From positions 49,540,001 through 49,604,000 of the forward strand of contig OZ076409.1 of the NCBI GenBank assembly GCA_964187785.1: a stretch of 64,000 nucleotides of DNA, written 5' to 3'. The stretch's first letter is position 1, and each line of letters opens with the position of its first letter. Below are positions 24,738 to 36,300 of the stretch, in pieces. The notes beneath the pieces were generated by a model. The model was given only the letters and a program-made list of their open reading frames with translations. It was not told the origin of the DNA and did no database searches. The stretch is from Amphiscolops sp. MND2022 (Eukaryota). A program made the position numbers and the translations under genes.

Positions 24738-27650
24738 TTGAAAGAGCTCTTGCATGAGAAGTATGTCACAGCTTTAAAACAGCCGTTGCATGAGAAGTAT
24801 ATCACAGTTTCGAAAGAGCCAATGCATGAGAAAAACGTGACAAAATTTAAATTGTTAATAAATGAGAAGTACGTGACAGAATTGGAAGAACCTTTGCACG
24901 ATAAGTATGTGACGAAATTGAGAGAGCCGATGCCTGGGAAGTATGTAAAAGTTTTGAGAGAGCTCCATTGTGAGGAGGACATCGACGTTTTCAAAAAACC
25001 TTTGCAAGAACAGAAATTGCAAGCCGAAAAAAGCTTGTTTTTTGAAAAAACATTGGACTCTTTCCGGAACAGTATGAGAGTGGGTCTGACCAACATATAG
25101 GTTTAGTGAAACAAACTCCGCGTCGAAGATGGAGTTGCTACAATACCAGATAAACTCTGACTTAAACAGTTCTGTTGAAAAATTGTGTCCCGGATTTTGA
25201 ATTTCGAGTGTCAATTTTATTTCGATTTCCCTGTGTTGGTCCCAACCTGCATGTGGAACCACTGCCTCCTGGTCCTTGTTATTACAAAATTGAGCAACGA
25301 TTGAAACCAAGTATCTGCTCTTCATCAAAACTTTTCAATTTCTAAAGTGAAGTAAGTCAACCATCAAAGATGGAGCAAAAAATGTTTTCCTGACTGATAA
25401 TGATACGCAAACAACTACACAATTGCCACACTTTTCGGATGAAGCGTATTTGGTCAGTATAGAACTGAAGCGCTTGACGCCTTTGAGGAATTTTCTCTCG
25501 CTATAGTTAATTCGTCCACTAGTGCTCAAAAAAGAGCTACAGTGGTCACAGAAGGAAAGGAATGCCCATTATTTAGGCATCAATTTCATCACTGCAGTTG
25601 AAAACAACGACGATAACGATTTGACTCCTGAGTCAATTTCAAGAGAAACAATCAAATCCCGAAATTAGGTTTGCGCCTCAAAACACCGTTGAAAAGTTAA
25701 TTACCAACAAATCACTGGAATCCTAGGTGCACTTTGACACTATAATTCTAGCACCAGATTAATACAAGCGTCACACCAGCTGTTTGGTTGATAACAACTT
25801 TGAGAACAAATCGTTCCTTCGCTCTTTTCCATTAGCGGAAAAAACTCATTCAGCAAAATGTCAACAGAAAACAATCACAAATCAGTATTCTACACGAAAG
25901 ATTCTGAATTCAAGTTTGCGTCTGACAATGGGTGCCTTTACGCCGAGCAACAGTGGGTAGAAAGAAGGCACTTGGAAACAAACAATGCAATCTCTTCTTC
26001 CGAAAGGGCAAAACCTAACTAATCAATGAATGACAAATTATTCACCGTTGACTCGGTTCGACTTCCAACCAGACTTTCAACGGTATCGTGGCGCCAATCC
26101 TTACTGGCGATAGGCACGAAGTGAACCTCTTGCCGAAACAAAACAGCTTGGAACTTTTTCAATTCTTTAAACTATGCGCTCTGCTGAGTTGATGATTACT
26201 ACTTTTGATTTACGAGGACATAAATTTTCACTTGCAGCGTCTTCTCAATCAGTGGCTCTTTCAATAAAATTTCTCATGATGTTATGTCCGTCGACGAAAT
26301 TGGTGTAAAAAACTGAATTTACGCACCGTAGTTCTCCATATACGGATTTTCGATCAGCGGGTCAAGTCTTATTCAGAAACATCCTGAAAAACACAGTAGC
26401 ACGAGAAGTACGACGCACACCCAAGGTTGCCACTTGTTGGATCCCCTTTTCCTAGCGTCTTCGTCTTACCTCGGCGAGAGTGCAAGATTGAATCCTATCT
26501 TGAACTGTTCGTACCATGTGAACTGCCCAATGAGGAGGACCCGTTTCAATGTACATTTTGTGAAGTGCAGACACAACCACACAAAAACATGTCGCCGCAA
26601 AACAGCATTATGTCTTTTCTGTTACCCACGATTACCTCCCGAACAATTCACTTTTGCTGTCCGTATTTATTCTGAAGACCAACCTGGTCTGGCCGAGATA
26701 CTCAAGGAGTTCTGGACAAAACTTGGACTTTGCTTAGCAGCAAAACCCTCTTCAGACCTCTAAAGACTTCTACTCGAGACTTCAAAACAACTGCGAAATT
26801 TACCATCAGGCCTTCGCTTTCACAGAGAAGTAAAATTGTTGTTCTGAAGTGTACAGCGAAAGAACAACACAGTTATACCTACAGTAAGCAATTAAATTCT
26901 TCCGGCTTGGATTGCGAAAATGAACAAACAACTTTGTTGCGACACATACGCCGTATATCTGCGACAACCTATATAGGCGAATAAACCTATATCTGCGACT
27001 ACTACTCCAAAGACAAATCCGGGATCACGGAGTTGATGAAGCGTGCATTGAAGGACAGTTCTTCCGTGTCGCAAGAAAAATCAAGACAAACTGGTATCTT
27101 TGCCATCGCCAAGTCGGAGCCTGTGAAGCAACCTATTGTCGCATTTGACTTAGAAGTATTTTTTTGTTATTGGTACCCCCGGTTTCCCTGATCACAGATA
27201 CATTATCTTCGGGTATGTAGAACACGAAGACGCAGATTTAACAATTTTTCAAATTGACAGAAGAAACGATGGTTACCATCCACGACAAATACAACAGAAG
27301 ACCAAAAACGCCGGAATCCATGTGTTTAGCCTTATTCGTTTTCACATGTACAACCGCAAGAAATAAACGCACAAACTTACTATTTTCCCGCCAGCAGTGT
27401 CAAAATCTGCCAAGCGCATATCGATTCGTCTCAAGAACAAAGGGTCTTCTGTCTTCAGGGCGAGAAGAGAAAATTCGAAAAGCGTCAATTCTGAGTGCCT
27501 TTCTCTCCTCTTCCTCTGGCGTGATGAAATGTCAGACCTCGTCCACGATAACCCTGCAATGTTTTCATTTTGTACAAGGACTTGAAAAGGATCATCGACC
27601 AAAACAAATGGGCTCCTTTTCCGCAGACAAACGAAGTTGAATTTCTGCAA
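24738..27650 (+). pseudogene. Decayed Helitron/Helentron-type Rep coding region
   Basis: Collinear fragments IELKR...IRP...LQW...NAHY; RGANPYWR*ARSEPLAETKQLG...SAE; HNHTKTCRRK..CLFCYP; YICDYYSKDKSG; RQVGACEA; DKYNRRPKTPESMCLA; many stops and frameshifts. Confidence 0.75.
24745..24965 (+). repeat. 33-bp coding-type tandem repeat (LHEKYVT...), ~6-7 degenerate copies
   Basis: TGCATGAGAAGTATGT recurring at 33-bp period. Confidence 0.75.
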
Positions 27651-30119
27651 CAGTGTCAGTCAGCTGAAAGCCGCTACTAGATGCGACCATAACACATCGC
27701 TCACTCACTCGATCCTCAAGGTGAGCAAATGAACGAAGACAAAAAAATGTGAAAAAAATTTTCTTTTTCGGCAACCTGGTACCGCTCTTCTAGAACCATC
27801 TCGAAGAAAATCCTTCCCAGCCTTAAACTGTTGAACAGAGCGTTTCTGCGAAACGATACGATCGTTCGACACCCAGAAATCCATAAATGCGTCGCCTCCT
27901 ATTTTCAGGGTATATTGAGAGGAAACAAATCTTCCCTGCCTCGATTGATAGTGCAGATCGCTTTTGTGTTTGTTCGCATGTTGGCAGTTACTTAAAAAGA
28001 GGGGAACCAGTTTTTGTAGAGTTGGAGCTGTCCCTTGCGATTAGCCCTGGCATAAACGGGGCACAAAGTAAAAGGTCAAACATTCCAATTCGTCACTTAC
28101 CTGGTCGTCAGCTGCGACAAACCTCTACAACCAGGGCTAGCCCACGTGATGTTAAAAAAGGTTGGAGGATATTGCAATCAAAGGAGCCATCCAATCCGTA
28201 GTATAACCTTCAAAACGTGAGTTTTTCATGTGATCAGATACCGTGCCTGAACGCAAAGAAACGTGAGTTTGAAAAGTGTGCCATCTTGAATCAATGTAAA
28301 AGTCTGCTCTTCACTGAACAATGCGTTTCGAGACCCACAGCTGCTGTATAACTTGTGAACAACTATCATGTTAACAAAGAAAGAAGTATGGGAGTCAATT
28401 TTTTCACTAAAGAAGCACTTGCCACTTTCTGTTCGTCACTGAATGTTACTCTGACTGCTAATGGATTTGCCAATTTTCTCATCTAACGTCATCAAAATAT
28501 CATGAATCTGAAATCTAACAGATGTAGACGGTAATCTCACCGGGAATGTCGCCGTTGTTATTGATGATTTCAGTTTACCTGATGCGAGCCAATCTTGTCG
28601 ATGATGCAACATCAGGGCGTTCAATAAATCGTCCCTTTGAACACGCTCTGGTGCTGGAAAAATTCTTGAGTTGGGTTTGTCAGATACTTTGCCGTATCTT
28701 TCGCCTTGCATCCCATATTCTTCTCTCACCATGAAGGTCTGTGTTTGATAATTTCAAACCATTCAGTGAGTAGATTACAATTGAAGTTTTGGAACATTTC
28801 TTTTCACTATTCGAGTGAGAACCTTTAAAGATTTGCTCCTATTTCGCATTTAACAACTCGGGAACCCTAAAAACATATCACTTCCTGCTGTTTTGTCTTG
28901 ACCATCTGTCACCATCCAACGCGTGGGGCCGTTTGAGCTTTTCTGGACTTGCGCCAGAATGATTACGCCATCTTCCATTCTCAAACCGAAATGATAGAGT
29001 TTCCATAGAAATCAAATACAATTACAAAAAATTGTTAGCACGTCATTGACAAGAGTTTTTGTGTCAGAGACGACCATAAAATTACCAAAGATTTTCATTT
29101 TTGCACCAGGTTTGTCACAGCCCGTCCCAGTCTGGCATGTGGTTGCAGACGAGAAGGCATCAGAAGGGGACATGCCTGCGGACTAAGATTTCCAAGTTGG
29201 TATTTCAATTATAAAACTTGGATCCCATTTTAAAATAAACTGTGAATAGTAACTAGGAACATACGTCTATCTTGCGAAAAATCTCAAATGAAAACGGGTA
29301 TTGGGAACTAATCTGACTAAAATGATTTCATGCTTTTCCGCTGAGACGTTTGAGCCACGACGGAGTTTTGCTCATTACCACATCTAAAACATCATTTTGA
29401 GAAAAATCATAAAAACGATTAGTTCGAAAAACCATAGCCAAATCTATATAAAATAAAAGACCTTACGCAAACCTAAAAAAGAAAAACACTAGGAAGTTAG
29501 GATTCAAAACATTTACGTTTCGTCAAAACAAGGCTAGCTATTTGCCTTTGAACAGCAAATAGTGTGATATAAAACGACGGTATAAAATGCGATATAAAAT
29601 GCGCTAAGTAAACAAAGATGGCAATGAGAACAAACATATGCGTGACGTCACAAAGCCGTAGACAAGTTTGAAATAATGCTTAGTGACGTCACGCTCCCGT
29701 CTATGCTGACTAGAACATCATCCCACTCATCCGCCAGTACAACGTCACTGAATTAGCAGCTAACTAGAAAATCATTTCAAATATCCGCCAGCATGACGTC
29801 ACGGCCTTGGCAGCTAGCTAGACGTTCGTTCTGAAAACTCGTCAGTATTGCATCAACCTAGTCAAGCTATCAGATTTGCCAGGAAAACTCGTCAACATGA
29901 CGTTGACAAGTTTATGAAAATGATTGAATTAGACGCTATTAAAATTAAAACGCTATCATTTTAAAAGGAAAATCAAGGATTTCCCAACACTAAGCAAGTA
30001 CAAACATTAGTCTTGATATAGCAGTTTAATTATCTTTTCACCTCTAGATTTTAATAATTGGAATATGGAAAGTTAATTTGTTTTCCACATAGCTTTGCGT
30101 CATTTCTTCATCGCAACTG

Positions 30120-32025
30120 GAGCTACACTCTCCTTGTCCCGTCTTTTTCGACCAAAAAACGAGGCTAGACTACCAAATCTCCCCTTTTGCCTTGATCACC
30201 GAAACTCGTCCCACTTCCACCCTGAATAAAAGGCTCAGAAACAACAGAAGACGCACGGCAAAACCAGAATCATCACCGGACTGAGATGCACGACCACGTT
30301 GGTTTGCACTACGGAGGCGATTAACGACTCACCCTTCCTCCGTGACAAATAGCCATTAAATAGACTCGTGTAACGATGCACAAAACCACTTTGTCCCCCA
30401 CCCACAGCAAATCCTTTCCCCAGGATCAAAATCATCTAAAGACATGAAAGCACGAGAACTCGTAATTGAATCTCGGACACTCTGCATGGCGAGCTTTGTG
30501 AAGAAAGCCTTTTCCTTGTAATTCGGCGACAATACACAACGCTGCACACCACGAATGCAAGACGTCACCACAAGTTCTGGAACTGTACAATCACTAATAT
30601 CAAGGGCAACAACGGGATACTCACGACGAGGCTTCACCACAACCAAAAAGCAAAACTTGAATACCCGACACAGATTTTTTCGAGCCAGAAATCTGTAATC
30701 CTCCAACAAATGTGTCACCATATCAGGAATCTCCTCAGCATTTCAGTCATTGCTGGCATGTCGGGCACGAATATCAACCACAAAAGTTGAAAACTCCTCA
30801 GACGCAGATTTTGCCTCAATATCACTCACCACTTTGCAGCCTTCCAAACCAAGCACCAAACTATTGAAGAGCCCAAAGATGTATTCATTGCCACCTTCCA
30901 ACAGTAACTCCGGGCAGACACGGTAAATATTGCTCATAAAGTATGAGGAAACACTGTGCAGAGACAAGATCATGTCCACTAGCCGATCAATAAAAACGCG
31001 ACACTGATTACGAAACTCTCGAGCCGCGCCACTCTTGACGCCACGCTAATTGTCACCAAACAAGTAATTAGCCAAAAACTCGGACATCGACACTTTTCCG
31101 AAGCCAGAGACTTTTGATGCGTCCATATAGTCGTCCCAAGAATCCATTGTAGGCAATAACGACCTTTTTCGGCTACGAGACAGCAAACCATACACGAACT
31201 GACTCAGCTCCATGTATGAATGAACACATAATCAGATCGACCAGCGTGCTGCTTCTTGAACAAGCTTCACTAAAACACACCTACGATAAACAAAAGAGAA
31301 AAGCCATGACACAGGCATATGACAACGACATCATGTCGACAACACGACAACAACTATTTACAACCATACACAACTTACCAAGATCCAGGACGTGACCAAG
31401 CCCAAGACGAAGCATATTCGTGTTCCTGCTGCTCACCAGCCAATCCAGTCCTCGCATCTACAACACATAAATACACGAGCACACAGAAGTCTAACCTCTC
31501 TATCCCTAAACAACAACAACAGGAATAACAGGGATAACCCCCTCCTCGAGAAAAGGTATAAGCACTCACCTCATCAACCTCACTCTTGACGTGTCGCGGA
31601 CCAGTGAATCGCACAAACTCGCGCATAACTTTCCAGACAGACATCAGCTCTGCAACAACCACACGCAAATCTTTGAATTGTACATGTCCAACAAGAATGC
31701 AACATCGAAGCGCTGGGACATCCTCAACCCTGGGCTCATGCAGCGCGCATCGCAATCATACCACCAAGAAGTCCACCAGTGAGGTAACCTCGAGTCTGCC
31801 AAAGATTTCGCGATGAACCTGGCGATAGACCTGCAAGAAGACTTCTTCTGAGAAATCCTGGCAAAGAAAGGAACTGACGCCCGTCATCCCGGTTGTCGTT
31901 TAAGACACGCAGCAGGGAAGCACTACCAACTTGACATGACAGAGGCAACTGGCACGAAAATACACTATCCACAATCGGGATATCCCAGCCAGCTCAGCAA
32001 CGGGAACACGTTGATCAGCATCTTC

Positions 32026-32029
<4 letters not shown>
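30120..32029. mobile_element. Degenerate fragment of a second retroelement-like accessory region
   Basis: Same A/C-rich + strand with broken minus-strand ORFs (30356-30721, 30743-30979, 31375-31755) as 5.7-7.5 kb; no gag/pol seen. Confidence 0.45.

Positions 32030-32061
<32 letters not shown>
32030..32061. repeat. (CA)16 microsatellite at a sharp compositional junction
   Basis: Read directly from sequence. Confidence 0.95.
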
Positions 32062-32064
<3 letters not shown>

Positions 32065-32171
32065 GTACGAAGTAGCACTTGGTGGGTCCGTACACGAAAC
32101 GGGCATAAGGTGGGACGTACACACTTTTCCCTTGGTGGGACATACACAAAATCTTTAACTTGGCTATTAAT

Positions 32172-32805
32172 AATACTTATTGACATGCATTGGTGGGACC
32201 TTAACACAAAATCTTTTTGGCGATTTTCAGCTATCAAGAATACTTATTGACATGCATTGGTGGGACCTTAACACAAAATATTTTCAGCGATTTTCAGCTA
32301 TCAAGAATACTTATTGACATGCATTGGTGGGACCTTAACACAAAATCTTTTCAGCGATTTTCAGCTATCAAGAATACTTATTGACATGCATTGGTGGGAC
32401 CTTAACACAAAATCTTTTCAGCGATTTTCAGCTATCAAGAATACTTATTGACATGCATTGGTGGGACCTTAACACAAAATCTTTTCAGCGATTTTCAGCT
32501 ATCAAGAAAACTTATTGACATGCATTGGTGGGACTTAAACACAAAATCTTTTTGGCGATTTTCAGCTATCAAGAATACTTTTTGACATGCATTGGTGGGA
32601 CCTTAACACAAAATCTTTTCAGCGATTTTCAGCTATCAAGAATACTTATTGACATGCATTGGTGGGACCTTAACACAAAATCTTTTCAGCGATTTTCAGC
32701 TATCAAGAATACTTATTGACATGCATTGGTGGGACCTTAACACAAAATCTTTTCAGCGATTTTCAGCTATCAAGAATACTTATTGACATGCATTGGTGGG
32801 ACCTC
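32172..32805 (+). repeat. 67-bp tandem repeat, ~9.5 copies, each containing TTGGTGGGAC
   Basis: Unit AATACTTATTGACATGCATTGGTGGGACCTTAACACAAAATCTTTTCAGCGATTTTCAGCTATCAAG. Confidence 0.95.
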
Positions 32806-33309
32806 AAAACATAATTCTGTTTTCCGAATGTTATTCTTTACGAATGAAACTCTGTCATTGGAGAGAGCAAAGACACAACGAAATTGGCTGGAAATTTATT
32901 GCAGTCATTATATTGACTTTAATTATTAATTGTTCACGCATTTAATATTTTTCAATCCCTGGTGACCAGTCTTTGGGCAATTTTCAAATGGACTCAAGGT
33001 ACTGATAATCATTGGTTTTAGTCAAAGTGACAGATAAAATTTTCTCGGTAACCCCATATTTTTTGTACACCTTCTGAATAATTTTCATATACTTTACTCT
33101 TGACAGTACACAGTTAGCTAGTAACAAGTTGACTGGTAAATTAAAAATCCAAGTCATTGCAAATCTTTTATTCAGCCCAAACAACGTTGTTACAACTCAA
33201 GTCAAGTATCGTAAAACCTGGATTTGTTTGAAAAGGTAAGTTTCATACTCGAGTGAAAGTTCATATGACTTTATCCTTCAATTATTGTTATCCTGTCACT
33301 GATAACTGA

Positions 33310-36300
33310 TCATTTTCTTGCGTCACTGATGGTCATGTTCCGTATTTTATCTTTGATATCCTGCCACTTTGAAGCATGGGGATATTTTTTCATTGCCTCC
33401 AAACAAACTGCTCGGCCAGGCAGTCGTCCTTGCTTCATCTCTTCTCGGAATTGTTTCCTCAGCCTTTTTTCTTGATCCAGCGGCCATGTTCGTCGTGTAG
33501 TACCACCAGGCTTAGGCTTTTTCTTACCACCAGTAGTTTTCTTTCGATTCCTTTTGATTGTTGTATTAAATTCATCCGAAATGTCACCCGTGTCACCATC
33601 GCCTGTTCCAAGTGAGAGACTGTTTTTGCTTCCCGAGGTTGAGGCCTTGGACCTTCTCAGTGAATTTTCTGCGCCGTCACCGGATCTCGCATGATTGGTA
33701 TCGTCTTGGACTTCGGTTTCGTTATCCTTGAAAAAACAAATTCCAATTACTCAAATGAAGTCAACCTGTTTCTAACTAAACGACTTTGTTTTGGCTAAGT
33801 TACTATTTTATAATTTTAAATTCAAAAGTTTTATAGTTTAAAAGTTACAATACTCTTTGATGTTTTGAAAAGAGAGTTTTGAAAAGAAACGCGACGTGAT
33901 AGAGAATAGGCCTGCATTGCCTAGATGCATGTGTATTATGCACAATTAAGATGTGTATTGTTTCGTTGGGAGTATGATCCAAAAGAAACGCAATGTGAAG
34001 AAGAGGTTTGTATTGCTTCAGTAGAAACTTTATACGAAAATAAACGAAGATCCGAATTATCCGGTTACGAATTAAATGAAATTGATTGTACTGTTATCTG
34101 AAGTAATCAGAAGAATCAATGGTTGGCTTTATAAAAAAATAGGTAAGAAAAAATCTATTCTTTCCAGTTGATGACAGTTCCTGAATAGGTTTGAATTTCT
34201 TTTCCGCGTGCTATGTTAAAACTGGACACGAAGTTACTGATCTCTTGAAAATCAATGTTTTCCAGATTTGCCAGATGGAGCAAATAATATTGAGTTCATT
34301 GACTTTGGACGACCAAGTTCTGAAGCAATCGACTTTAGATCACATTGCGTTTCTTTTTAACCAATTCCCAATCAAATATCTTCATCTTCACAAACTAGCG
34401 TTGGATTGCATGTTATGATTATACTTATGATAATTATAACTGAAATTGAATTCCAGCATGTAATGTTTCAGTGGGTTTTTGTTTTTTTCGATAGATTATT
34501 CCCGGACCCGTAGGGGATTTTCTTTATTGCAATAGTACAAATATCAAAACCTATTTTTTTTATTCAATCCGGACTGATATTTTCAAAAACTACAAAACTA
34601 ACCGAGTCGTCCAACTCGCCATCCTCCAGTGTTGGTTGAATTGTGTCAAGGTCTTTCGAATAGGCTTCCTCGAGTTTACCGCTGTCGACCATATACAACA
34701 ATTTTGTAACTTTTGCTAGATTTACGGCATCAGTGTGCATCCTGTAATACTTGTCGTGAACCCTTAAGTCATGACCCAGAAAATCAGCAACCCAAGTCCT
34801 CTGGTGCTGTGGTAAGTTCAAAAACTGTGCTGCTGTCGCCATATACTTTCGAAGCTTCGTTGACCTGAACAAAGGTTTGTTCTCCAGCTCAAAGTCTTTA
34901 GCGAACTTGTTCAGGGCCTCAGCGCTCCGGTAATGCAGTTTTCCACCTTCTGTTTGGAAGAAGTACGTTTCATTTTTCAAGTTGTCATCATTTATCATGA
35001 TATCAATAAGTTTGAGTGTGTCCGGTGGCACCAGCACAGGGACAACTTTTCCTCCCTTACCAGGAAGTCGGAGGAGTGTGTAGACTTCTGCGAACTTTTC
35101 CTCTAGTTTTGTAAGCTTCACGAGCTCGTTATCCGCTGTCTTTGCTCGTTCACTGGCAAGACTCCGTTGTAGTATCATATCTCTTCTTTTGATTCCAGAA
35201 ACTTCACGATCACGCTTCTTGTTGAAACTAACAAGATCAGCTATCACAGTTAGTTTGAGTTCGGCATAGTTATACTTAGTCAGTTCGAGGAGTTCTCGCA
35301 CTTTTTTTCCAATGCTTTGCCGGAATTTAATGATGTCCGTAGTGGGAATAACCAGATGTATGCTCTCATTTTGCTTCTTGACCAACCTAGAAAAACACAA
35401 GGTGATTAGATTTGGGAAAGAAAAGGCTGAAAACGTTTATCAGCTAGTTTTAGGGGGCCTAAATAAAACGTGTGGAGCAACTTTTTACATTGTGGCTTCT
35501 TTTACTTGAATTGTTGAGCAAACCAGACTTAGTGGGACATAAACCCGCTCTTTTACTTGGCCTTGGTGGGACGCACACTAAGTGAGACATAAAAGGTGGG
35601 CCCGCTATAAGGACTAGAGCAAAACGACTGAAATTGGCTAAGTAACTATTTTAGACAAAGTTCCACTACGTTTCTCACACTCCGAAACTACAATTTTTTT
35701 TCAAATTTTTGCCAAAATTCGATACTTTTTGTAAATATTTGCCTCAATAGTTTTTGAATGGTTCCAACTTACTCGTATTTAGCAGGTGCGGATATTTGAG
35801 CCCATTCAGTGTCAATAATTTTCTGAAACTGTTTAGCTTGTTGAGATATCTCCTTCTTCTCCCACACGAAAGCTTGATTTTGCAGAAATGCAGCAGCTGT
35901 TTTCAGAATCGATCCCATTTTCACTTGGTAGGATTTTGCAAAATTTTTTGACACCGCTTCTTTCACTTTTGACCACATGTCTGGTCTGATTAGTTCAATC
36001 AAATATGAGCATTCCAGTTGGAGAACAAGTTTGGCCATTACTCGCATTCTGTCCCTGATCTGATTGTAGCCTTCGTCTGATTTTCGCTTGTTGAAATAAT
36101 ATTCCCCAACATACTTTATAAGGGGGTCATTTCGTATTAGTTCTGCAACTGGATCGTTTCTTAAATTGTTATAAAGGAATTCCTGGAATGGTGTGTTATG
36201 ATTTGCTTTGATTTCAAGCATCAACGCAAAGATGGCAGCTTTGATGTTTTTGTTTTTTCCTTCCTTATGGCTAGACTTGGTAACTGCCGGGCAGTCTAGT

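Noticed and set aside
32172..32805. CRISPR-like array
   Set aside because: Units are identical end to end with no unique spacers, no cas genes, and the context is eukaryotic.
35528..35600. GTGGGA motif as a Notch CSL/Su(H) site
   Set aside because: The CSL core is GTGGGAA; this motif is consistently GTGGGAC.
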